IMG/VR virus record: IMGVR_UViG_3300029404_000062
DNA length: 64,000 bases
Direction: 5' to 3' (one strand)
DNA from: a virus
Shown: in pieces, positions 7,560 to 15,861 of the stretch
How positions within the stretch are numbered: position 1 is the stretch's first letter
How the letters are laid out: the number at the start of each line of letters is the position of its first letter
Program-made: the position numbers and the translations under genes
The notes under the pieces: generated by a model
What the model saw: the letters and a program-made list of their open reading frames with translations, nothing else
Database searches by the model: none
Told to the model about the DNA's origin: nothing

Positions 7560-9393
7560 CTATTTCAGTCCATCCTTCCATTATCTCTTCCGCTTCATGG
7601 AGCAGCGCATTCAGACTATCTGCGGTAAATGTATTCATTTCTTCTATCTCTGTTGCCGGCCGAAGCACATCCCAGTTCCCGGCATAATGTTCCTGCTGTA
7701 AAATACCGACCTGCGCAATACTTGTGATTGGCTGTCCAAAAGTCCCTGCCCATTCCGGTGGGAAAATGTAAATCGTTTTTTTGACCGTTTCGCCCTCTGC
7801 TTCTTCCGAATTTTCCTTTGGCGGCAGAACGATTTCTTCAACCTTGATCATCTCCGGCTCGTCCAGTTCAAAGAGCATCAGCTTATTATCGCCGTCCTCC
7901 ACGAATTGCCCACGGAACCGATAACGCAGATCTTCATCCCACTCCATGATGTCAAAAAGAGTCTTTGCCAGACCACGGCAGCCAAGTGTGCTGGCACACC
8001 AGCGTCCTTCTTTCAGCCGACCCCAGCGGATTGCATTGGGATTGCTCTTTTCACACGGACGGATAGCAACGCAGCGGTCAACGGAATTTAACAACAGCTC
8101 CACATATTCCACAGTTTCAAACTTTTTCAGGCAGGCTGTGTTGAAACGCAGTTTTCCATTGAAAATCGTCATTGCAGGGTTCTGCATCGTTGAGAAATAC
8201 TGCGCCCGAACCACCTCATATCCCGTCAGGTCGAGCCGTTTTTTCACATCTGCCACGACAGAATCGTCCGGCTCCTGCATCACACTTTCGGATGCTTCCC
8301 GGTATTCTTCAGCCGAAAAGCCTGTCCAGTCCTTATCGAAAGGAACATATCCTCGCAGGATTCCATCATCAACCACGCTCAAAACCGGCAGTGGCCGATT
8401 TTTCCTCGTGTAACTTCTGGATGCTCTCAGGTGATTGGCAGCGTTGAATACATCTCTGGACACGATTGCCTCATGGTGGTCCCGCTGCCGATACTGCGTC
8501 CGATCATTGTTGTTTTTCTTGGATTTATGCGTCAAAAAATTTGGCGTGTAAGTCTTTCGAGCCAGTACATCTCCGCAATGACGCTCATTTGCAATGACAC
8601 CCGCCAATGTGCTCGGATTCCATTCCGTGTTCCCCGGCTTCGTCTTCCGCCCGTATTCCGTTAGGAGTTCTGCAATTTCCTTAAGAGAAAATCCGTTCAA
8701 GTACAGGTAATAAATCACCTTTACCGTCTGGGCTTCCTCTGGGTTGACCACCAGGTTGCCTTCCTCGTCCTGATCATATCCCAGCAGAGCCGGAGTCAGG
8801 AACAGACCACGGCTAAAGCGCCGGTCAATGGACCAGTTCATAATGATAGACTTGGAATGGGATTCTTCCTCTGCCACTGATGCCAGAATGGTAAGAATCA
8901 TGCGGCCATTGCTGTCCAACGTGTAAATATTGTCGGCTTCAAATTTCACACCTACAGGTGGTGTAAGGTTTTTCAGTGTTTCAATTACAGATAAGCAGTC
9001 TACGATATTTCGTGCAAAACGGGCAATGGACTTCGTAAGAACAAGGTCGATTTTCCCGGCCTTGCAGTCCTCAATCAACTGCTGCATTCCCTTGCGATGT
9101 TCCAGGGATGTGCCGCTGATGCCCTCGTCATCGTAGATGCCGACAAATTCCCATCCCGGCTGCGCCTTGATGTATTCAGTATAATAATTCTTCTGAAGCT
9201 CATACGAGGAAGTCTGTTCATCATTGTCAGTGGAAACACGGACATAGGCTGCGACACGCCGAATAGAGGTGCTTTCTTCAAGCCCCTCCACAGTTTTTGC
9301 CGGGATGACTTCCAGTTCAGAGGCATCCACGCCTTTATACCGATCTCTGATTTTTTGCTTGCGGTCTACCGCTTCCACTTCACTGCTTATCAT
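7552..9393 (-). CDS. Large serine recombinase 1 (resolvase catalytic domain + recombinase domain + zinc-ribbon + C-terminal DUF4368-like domain).
   Basis: N-terminal AAYVRVSTDNDEQ (catalytic Ser) ...KSIARFARN. 613 aa. Confidence 0.85.
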   Translation of the reverse strand: MISSEVEAVDRKQKIRDRYKGVDASELEVIPAKTVEGLEESTSIRRVAAYVRVSTDNDEQTSSYELQKNYYTEYIKAQPGWEFVGIYDDEGISGTSLEHRKGMQQLIEDCKAGKIDLVLTKSIARFARNIVDCLSVIETLKNLTPPVGVKFEADNIYTLDSNGRMILTILASVAEEESHSKSIIMNWSIDRRFSRGLFLTPALLGYDQDEEGNLVVNPEEAQTVKVIYYLYLNGFSLKEIAELLTEYGRKTKPGNTEWNPSTLAGVIANERHCGDVLARKTYTPNFLTHKSKKNNNDRTQYRQRDHHEAIVSRDVFNAANHLRASRSYTRKNRPLPVLSVVDDGILRGYVPFDKDWTGFSAEEYREASESVMQEPDDSVVADVKKRLDLTGYEVVRAQYFSTMQNPAMTIFNGKLRFNTACLKKFETVEYVELLLNSVDRCVAIRPCEKSNPNAIRWGRLKEGRWCASTLGCRGLAKTLFDIMEWDEDLRYRFRGQFVEDGDNKLMLFELDEPEMIKVEEIVLPPKENSEEAEGETVKKTIYIFPPEWAGTFGQPITSIAQVGILQQEHYAGNWDVLRPATEIEEMNTFTADSLNALLHEAEEIMEGWTEIDE

Positions 9394-9403
9394 GTACTTC
9401 CTC

Positions 9404-10381
9404 TCATTCTTCCGGCTTTATGCTCCAATACCACTGGCGCATCTTCCGATAGCTTCGGATGCCGAGTTCCTTTTTTGTATTTTCTGCGGTCCTGCGGCTG
9501 ATACCCTCGTCGCTCATCCGCATATAGATTTCCCTTGATCTCATGTCTCCCTCAGAAAGCAACTTTTTGATCAAGTATGCGGCTTTCTCGGACTTCGATT
9601 CAAAATCTGGCATTCCCGGATCTGCGGATGGATCTGGTGTAACCTCACACTCCAACCACTCAAATCCTGCTTCTGCTGTTATGGAGAACCGAATCTCACC
9701 GTCTGATGGAGCCAGACTATTTTTGATCTGCCGAACAATACGGATGTCTGTGTTTTCCGGGTCGCGCTCTACTTGCAGGACACTCCGGGCCGCAGCCACG
9801 ACATCAATACTGCCCAGGCTCCGGTACAGACCTTTGGTTCCTTCCTTTTTGTTGAGATGCCCAATCAGCACAATGGCACAATCATATACGGATGCCCACA
9901 TACCCAGCCGGTGCATCAACTTTCTTGCTCTGCCCGCAATCTGAAGGTCAGAATCGCTTCCAAGATATGCCTGAATCGGATCGATGACTACCAGACGCGG
10001 CCGGAATTCTATAATAGCCTGCCGGATGCGTTCATCATCCAGCGTCAGCCCGCTGTATGTATCTTCATTTATAAATGCCACATTCCTGCAATCCGCACCG
10101 CACTTTTCCAGTCTGGGCTTGATGGTATCTGACACACCGTCCTCCGAACACTGGTAGATGACTTTCTTCGGCATCCCGATTGGTTTTCCATCCGGGGTGT
10201 TCCCGCCTTTAGAAAGTTCCGCAATCAGGTTCATCATCATTGTGGATTTGCCATCTCCGGGATCTCCTTGCAGCAATGTGATCTTTCCAACTGCAATGAA
10301 CGGATACCACAGCCAGCGAACAGAAGTCGCCTGTACATCACTATATAATGTAAGAATTCCTGTTTCACCTTTTCCTGCCAT
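9404..10381 (-). CDS. RecA-like P-loop ATPase (AAA_25/RepA-like) with C-terminal DNA-binding-like tail. Co-operonic with recombinase 1.
   Basis: Walker A GDPGDGKS and Walker B-like RLVVIDPIQ. Start at MAGKGETG has RBS GGAAAGGAAAG. Its stop lies 11 nt from the rec1 start. Confidence 0.6.
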   Translation of the reverse strand: MAGKGETGILTLYSDVQATSVRWLWYPFIAVGKITLLQGDPGDGKSTMMMNLIAELSKGGNTPDGKPIGMPKKVIYQCSEDGVSDTIKPRLEKCGADCRNVAFINEDTYSGLTLDDERIRQAIIEFRPRLVVIDPIQAYLGSDSDLQIAGRARKLMHRLGMWASVYDCAIVLIGHLNKKEGTKGLYRSLGSIDVVAAARSVLQVERDPENTDIRIVRQIKNSLAPSDGEIRFSITAEAGFEWLECEVTPDPSADPGMPDFESKSEKAAYLIKKLLSEGDMRSREIYMRMSDEGISRRTAENTKKELGIRSYRKMRQWYWSIKPEE

Positions 10382-10631
10382 CGTCTTTCCTTTCCATTTG
10401 CAGTCTTTTCCTACATTTATATTATAGAGAATGCGTGACGATTTGGCTTCCACCTGTCAGGTGGAGTAACACCAAAAATTCCACTTGTCAGATGGAAAAA
10501 TCGCCTAAGACCACATTACCGATGGAGGTGCGGACTATTGCGGTCTTAGAATCTCCTATATTCAGTTGCTATGTGCATCTTCCTGCGAGATAATCGAACT
10601 GCCTTATGCGGGTATCATAAGGAGGAAACAC

Positions 10632-10973
10632 ATGGCAATCGATTATATCGCACTTGGACAGCGCATTAGCGATTTTAGAAACAAACATAATTTTTCACAG
10701 GAGGAGCTTGCTTTCCGCAGTGGCGTTGGAAACAAGCATATCAGCAACATTGAACTTGGAAAAGGAAAACCGAGTCTGGAATCTCTCGTCCAAATTGCAA
10801 ACGTTCTTAATGTATCCGCAGATGACCTGCTAGTGGACAGCCTTACACACTCTACTTCCACTGCTGACACGGAGATTCACCGTCTGCTCTTAGACTGTAA
10901 CGCAATCGAACAGGAGATTCTCACCCGGATGGTAAAGGAGATGAAAGCAATCCTCTACGGTTTGGGAATCTGA
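10632..10973 (+). CDS. XRE-family helix-turn-helix transcriptional regulator.
   Basis: FSQEELAFRSGVGNKHISNIELGKGKPSLESLVQIANVLNVSADDLL is a classic HTH_3 motif. Only plus-strand gene in the island. Confidence 0.7.
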   Translation: MAIDYIALGQRISDFRNKHNFSQEELAFRSGVGNKHISNIELGKGKPSLESLVQIANVLNVSADDLLVDSLTHSTSTADTEIHRLLLDCNAIEQEILTRMVKEMKAILYGLGI

Positions 10974-11134
10974 TTTTGTAACCCGTTGACCACATAACAA
11001 AAAAGCCCGCATAAGCCACAGCTGCACTTCGGCTCAAACCGGGGTGCTGTCTGTGGTTCATGCGGGTCAGGGCAAAAAAAGGAGCCCGCCAGCGTACCAT
11101 GTAGATTCTACACAGTGCGCCAGCGGGCAAAATT

Positions 11135-11653
11135 TCACTTCAATAGATCAGACAGACTGTATTCTCCCTTCGGAATGTTTGCAGTTCTCCGATATTCCTT
11201 TATTGCACTTATCAATGTTTGTGGATTACTGAAATAGTCCTTTACAAAATCATATGACTTCACATCATGCATACGCAGATCCGTCTTACAAAATTCGCTC
11301 GGTTTCTTCCCAGAACGCTTAAACTTGTCATAAGCTCCTTCACTATGGATGATCAGCATTTCTATTTCTGGTGCTGTAATGATATTTATGACATCAACCT
11401 TATGTTCGTAAGCCTTGCTAAGACGAAAATCTTCTCTGCGAGAATCCAAAATCCGAATCACGGAAATTTGGTCATCAAAGCCTTTACGCAAGTAACGCTC
11501 CTCAAATCGCTTTGCACTTCGGCAGCGGATAACACTTTCGTCCAGCATTTCTTCCCTTGAAAAAATCAAAAGGTCATTATCCACAAGAATATCAATAATT
11601 GCGGACTCTGCAGAGCCCTCGCATATACACGCTTTATATTTTGCTAATTTCAT
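11135..11653 (-). CDS. Small DUF4276/RloB-like (TOPRIM-related) protein, partner of the AAA_21 ATPase.
   Basis: N-terminus KACICEGSAESAIIDILV resembles the xLVEGxTEExFV TOPRIM-like start of DUF4276 proteins. 172 aa, low GC (~38%). Separated from the upstream ATPase gene by 13 nt. Confidence 0.45.
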   Translation of the reverse strand: MKLAKYKACICEGSAESAIIDILVDNDLLIFSREEMLDESVIRCRSAKRFEERYLRKGFDDQISVIRILDSRREDFRLSKAYEHKVDVINIITAPEIEMLIIHSEGAYDKFKRSGKKPSEFCKTDLRMHDVKSYDFVKDYFSNPQTLISAIKEYRRTANIPKGEYSLSDLLK

Positions 11654-11665
11654 TTCGCCGCCTCC

Positions 11666-12817
11666 TTAGTGTATTGAAGCAGCCAAATTTTTCTTCAAGC
11701 GCATATATGCCTCATATGCAGGAGTTGTTCCCTCAAGAAAACCGCTTTGATAGGCATCACTCTTTTTAATGTCATTGCGCTTTAAAATATTGCTCAAGTT
11801 ATCAGCTGTGATTCCGTTACGGTTTCTAACGATATAGATTCCATCATTTCGGTCATATTCATCCAGCAATTCTGGATAGTGCGTTGTAAAAATCAGTGTT
11901 CCACCGTTTCTGTTCAAACGGCTATCCATAAAGAAGCGTACTAAAGTCGTGACAATTTCTTTATTAAAATGGTTTTCGATTTCATCCACCAGAAGGTATC
12001 CACCGGACTGAAGAACCTCTTTTACCATTGAAAAAGTAATGATACCCTTGATTGTGCCGGAAGACAGATACTGTTCAAGATCCACTGCATTGTTCAAAGT
12101 GATCTCATCTTCACCCTTAAATTTCAGGTGAATAAAGGTTTTTCCATCTGTTTCTTCAAAACACAATTTTTCAATGGTCGGATCAAGAAAAGCTATCACT
12201 TCGAGTGGGATGTCATCTGTAAATGGAAGGACATTCACATTTGTATAAGAAAGCAGGCTGAATACTTCAACCTTATCATTTGTCTTTTTATTATGAGCAA
12301 TAATCAAGCTAACATCGTCCGGAAGGAACGCTTCATCATTATTCCGAACTGCAGCCGGCTCTATTCCGGTAAAATCCGTCAGATATTTTTTCGACTTTAC
12401 GCTGGCAATCGGTTTCTCCCACATTTTTTCGGCCAGAATAGAGTAATTATAATCTCCCGCTTTTGCTTTCTTTGCCACAATCACAGTCTCCAGGCAGCAG
12501 ACGTATTTGCGTTCATCATAAAAATATGTGCGAATCGTTGCCTTCTCAGTTCCTCCAAGAATGCTCTTTGCTTCCACATGATTAATGGGCTCATTTTTAA
12601 CAATGCTCAAGGCCAGATTGATAACTTTCAGCACGGATGTTTTTCCAGACGCATTGATGCCAATAAAAGCACAAGCGGAATGAAGGTAGTAATTATCCTT
12701 CATCCTATACAGGCGATCTTTATCATCCTCACTTACACGCTGTTGGGTATAAAAGCAGATATCAAGATCTTCCTTAAACAGTGGAAGTCCTTGTGCCGTG
12801 ATACGAAGTATTTTCAT
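11666..12817 (-). CDS. AAA_21/ABC-type ATPase (OLD/AbiL-like ATPase component).
   Basis: Walker A GINASGKTS, Walker B LLVDEIENHF, followed by TTHYPELL (H-loop). 383 aa, low GC. Confidence 0.65.
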   Translation of the reverse strand: MKILRITAQGLPLFKEDLDICFYTQQRVSEDDKDRLYRMKDNYYLHSACAFIGINASGKTSVLKVINLALSIVKNEPINHVEAKSILGGTEKATIRTYFYDERKYVCCLETVIVAKKAKAGDYNYSILAEKMWEKPIASVKSKKYLTDFTGIEPAAVRNNDEAFLPDDVSLIIAHNKKTNDKVEVFSLLSYTNVNVLPFTDDIPLEVIAFLDPTIEKLCFEETDGKTFIHLKFKGEDEITLNNAVDLEQYLSSGTIKGIITFSMVKEVLQSGGYLLVDEIENHFNKEIVTTLVRFFMDSRLNRNGGTLIFTTHYPELLDEYDRNDGIYIVRNRNGITADNLSNILKRNDIKKSDAYQSGFLEGTTPAYEAYMRLKKNLAASIH

Positions 12818-12914
12818 TTTTCAATCCCCCTTCTAAAAACGGCTTTTCCGTTTTTATTTTTCACTATTCTTATTATACCCCACCTAAAAGAAATTATCAA
12901 CGATTTTTCCGTTT

Positions 12915-13316
12915 TTATTTTCTTCTATATCTCAAACTCCGGTAAGCATCCTGTATGAAGCCCACAAACTCAGGACTCATCGTCTCCACGATATGTTTGC
13001 CGTCCACCCCTCGCAGCATCTCTACGGCGATCTGCGCCACATCGCTCTTGTCCTGTTCCATCCGTCTCAAAGCATCTGCCACCGCCTCATCAATGAACGC
13101 AGCGAGCTTTGCTCCTTCAATAATGCTTTGTACCGGCATCGGTGCGCCATCTTCACCCGCCAGCCGGATGACTTTTGGTTCTATGATCTCCCCGATCTTA
13201 CGCAGTGCTTCATCCTCCGGCATCTGCCGCAGATACCCTTTCATGGTGCTTACGACCATTATCTCCAGCGGTGTTGTCCCGTAATCCTCAACGGAAAGCC
13301 ACGATAACCTTTTCAC
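12915..13316 (-). CDS. Hypothetical protein (133 aa).
   Basis: ORF only; no recognisable motifs. Confidence 0.3.
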   Translation of the reverse strand: MKRLSWLSVEDYGTTPLEIMVVSTMKGYLRQMPEDEALRKIGEIIEPKVIRLAGEDGAPMPVQSIIEGAKLAAFIDEAVADALRRMEQDKSDVAQIAVEMLRGVDGKHIVETMSPEFVGFIQDAYRSLRYRRK

Positions 13317-13410
13317 ACTATCCTCTCCCTGCTATGTGTATTTCTGTGTACCCACAACATATAACAGGACTCTGCACATAGCAACCAAATTTTTCCGGAT
13401 AAACGGAAAC

Positions 13411-13460
13411 AAAAAAGGCCCTGCCAGATGCAGTTTTGAGCCACATCCAGCAGGGTCGTA
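13411..13460. terminator. Bidirectional rho-independent terminator downstream of recombinase 2.
   Basis: Stem GCCCTGCCAGATG...CATCCAGCAGGGTC with T-runs on both flanks (TATTTTTT on plus, TTTTTTGTTTCC on minus). Confidence 0.55.
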
Positions 13461-13518
13461 TTTTTTCTCACATTATGCTGTTCGTCTTATCGTTGGTTTC
13501 TTCAAATAGTGTTTTTTC

Positions 13519-15819
13519 TCACACAGCTTCTCCACGTTCCCGTTTTGCAGCGGTCGTCAGATACCGGCGATACTGGATGCTGAAGCCATGCACTTTGTAC
13601 GGTGCATCCACATACACCACCGTACCGTTGAGGTCGCTCCGCTTGAATCCCATGAAGCTGGTCAATGTTCTGCGATTGCCCTTCGTCGTCAGCGTTACAC
13701 CGAAGTTCGTCTTGTAGGTGATGATATCGCCCTGCACCACTCCACTCTCGATGAAGGCGCAGTAGATACCTTTCTCAAAATGAAGCATATCTGGGGATTC
13801 GGCGATTCGCTCTGGTGTCAGCTTCAGCTTGCCCTTGGTCACAGCGGACACTCGCCCTTCAATGACCTTACCGTCCACATCTCTCAGAAGACTTCCCTGC
13901 ACATCCAGTCCGTTGACCTTCAGCGGCATTCCGGCCGCGTTGGTATCCGGCAGTTCTTTCAGGCAGGCAAGGAAATATTCAAAGTTCTTCTTCATGATCG
14001 TCAGCACACCCTGCTCTGCCTCGATGGTCTGCTGCTCATGGCGAAGCGTCTTGATGCGCTCCCGCAGGTCATTTACCAGCTCTGTGTAGATTTGGGCCTC
14101 CGAGCCTTCCTCTGCCGAAATCTCATAAAAGGATGCTCCGATGCTGTTCGGGGTCAGCCCGTTCCGGATGTCCGTGTCGATGTCATCGATTGTCACCTCG
14201 CCGTTGGAAAGGGCATCCTTCAGTTCCGCATTATCTTCCAGAGCGGCTTCCCGCAGGGCTGCCACCTGATGGCTGACTGCATCCTGCAGGCGTTCTTCCA
14301 GTTCTTCGATCTGAGAATTCACCGTCTGAAGCCGCTGTACCGAGATGCTGTTGTTCTTTGCCTGCTTCATCGCCTGTTCAAAAGCGTTGTCGAACAGGGT
14401 CACGATCATGGATGCATCGCCGTGCTGTTCGTAATCCCGCTTCATGCTGTAAAGCAGTTCCATGAAGCTCTGCTCCAAAGCGCATTCATAATAGGTTTCA
14501 GAAGGACACCGTTCATTGGCGGCTTTCTTTTCCGCATCCGACATACATCCCTTTTTGCTGCGACAGTACATTTTCTGGTCGGGGCTGCCATTCTTGGGCG
14601 GTGCGTCCTGCCGTTCTCCTGCCTTCCGCTTGCACTTCCAGACAGGATAGGAATAGCTGTACTTTTCGAGGAATTCACCCGTATCCTCCCCTGTCGCTTT
14701 CAGGCTCCTCTCATCCGTGTAGCCATTTGCCACGCCAGTGTACGTCACACGAAAGAATCCTTCACCACAGGGCTTTCCGGCATCCGGTCCATGCTCAAGG
14801 ATTGCCCCACAGCGCAGATTTCCAAAAGGTGAGCCTTTGATGGTGCGGGTCTTTTTCTTTCCGGGACCTTTCGTCATATCCGTCCGGGGCTTCTCGAACA
14901 AAAGCGTCTGCACCTTATCCCAAGTCACCCGGTCGATGATGCCTACATGGTGGTTCTTGACATAGTACCGGGGTGCTTCACCCTTATTGATGCTGGAACG
15001 GTGTGTCAGGAAATCCTTCGTGATGGTCTTCTGCATCTCCACATCGCCTACATATTTCTCATTCCGCAGAACGATCAGGATGGAGCTTGCCCGCCATTTC
15101 TTTCCGTTCACAGTCGTCTTTCCCAGCTCGTTCAATTCTTCTGCGATTTTATTAGCGGTCTGCCCCTTCACGAAGCGTTCAAAGATGTACCGCACCACCT
15201 GCGCCTGTTCCGGTACGATCACCCACTCCTGATTCGGTCCCAGATCATACCCCAGCATCCGCTTCAGATTGATATGCGGAACGCCCGCCTGGAACTTCTT
15301 CTGGATACTCCAGCGGATGTTGTCCGAAATGGAACGGCTCTCATCCTGTGCCAAAGCGGAAAGGATGGTCAGGATCAGCTCGCCTTTGGCATCCAGCGTA
15401 TCGATATTTTCCTTCTCGAAGTACACACCCACAGGCGGCTTCAATTGCCGAAGCTCACGGGTACAGGTCAGGGAATCGATCGTGTTTCGTGCGAATCGGG
15501 AAATGGACTTCGTGACAATGTAGTCCAACTTGCCATCCATCGCGTCCTTCATCATGCGGTTGAATTCCTCACGGTGCTCTCTGTTCGTGCCGGATTTAGC
15601 TTCATCGGCATAGATGCCTGCAAAGATCCATCCAGGTTTTCCTGTAATCAGGTTCTTGTAGAATGCTTTCTGGGTCGTGTAGGATGTCTGCTGGCTTTCA
15701 TCGCCAGTGGACACGCGGCAGTAAGCCGCCACACGGATGTTCGTCTGCTGTTTCAGCTGTCCGCCATTCTGCACTGATCGCACACTGGCAGGGATCACGT
15801 CTACTTTTCTCTGTGCCAT
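13519..15819 (-). CDS. Large serine recombinase 2 (766 aa).
   Basis: AAYCRVSTGDESQ...KSISRFARN resolvase domain; long recombinase/zinc-ribbon/coiled-coil C-terminus. Confidence 0.85.
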   Translation of the reverse strand: MAQRKVDVIPASVRSVQNGGQLKQQTNIRVAAYCRVSTGDESQQTSYTTQKAFYKNLITGKPGWIFAGIYADEAKSGTNREHREEFNRMMKDAMDGKLDYIVTKSISRFARNTIDSLTCTRELRQLKPPVGVYFEKENIDTLDAKGELILTILSALAQDESRSISDNIRWSIQKKFQAGVPHINLKRMLGYDLGPNQEWVIVPEQAQVVRYIFERFVKGQTANKIAEELNELGKTTVNGKKWRASSILIVLRNEKYVGDVEMQKTITKDFLTHRSSINKGEAPRYYVKNHHVGIIDRVTWDKVQTLLFEKPRTDMTKGPGKKKTRTIKGSPFGNLRCGAILEHGPDAGKPCGEGFFRVTYTGVANGYTDERSLKATGEDTGEFLEKYSYSYPVWKCKRKAGERQDAPPKNGSPDQKMYCRSKKGCMSDAEKKAANERCPSETYYECALEQSFMELLYSMKRDYEQHGDASMIVTLFDNAFEQAMKQAKNNSISVQRLQTVNSQIEELEERLQDAVSHQVAALREAALEDNAELKDALSNGEVTIDDIDTDIRNGLTPNSIGASFYEISAEEGSEAQIYTELVNDLRERIKTLRHEQQTIEAEQGVLTIMKKNFEYFLACLKELPDTNAAGMPLKVNGLDVQGSLLRDVDGKVIEGRVSAVTKGKLKLTPERIAESPDMLHFEKGIYCAFIESGVVQGDIITYKTNFGVTLTTKGNRRTLTSFMGFKRSDLNGTVVYVDAPYKVHGFSIQYRRYLTTAAKRERGEAV

Positions 15820-15861
15820 AATTGCTCCTTTCCGCCGATCCTCTTCCGACCGGCTCTCGCT

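Noticed and set aside
13588-14832. 414-aa plus-strand ORF inside recombinase 2
   Set aside because: Antisense shadow ORF. The minus-strand frame carries the conserved serine-recombinase motifs.
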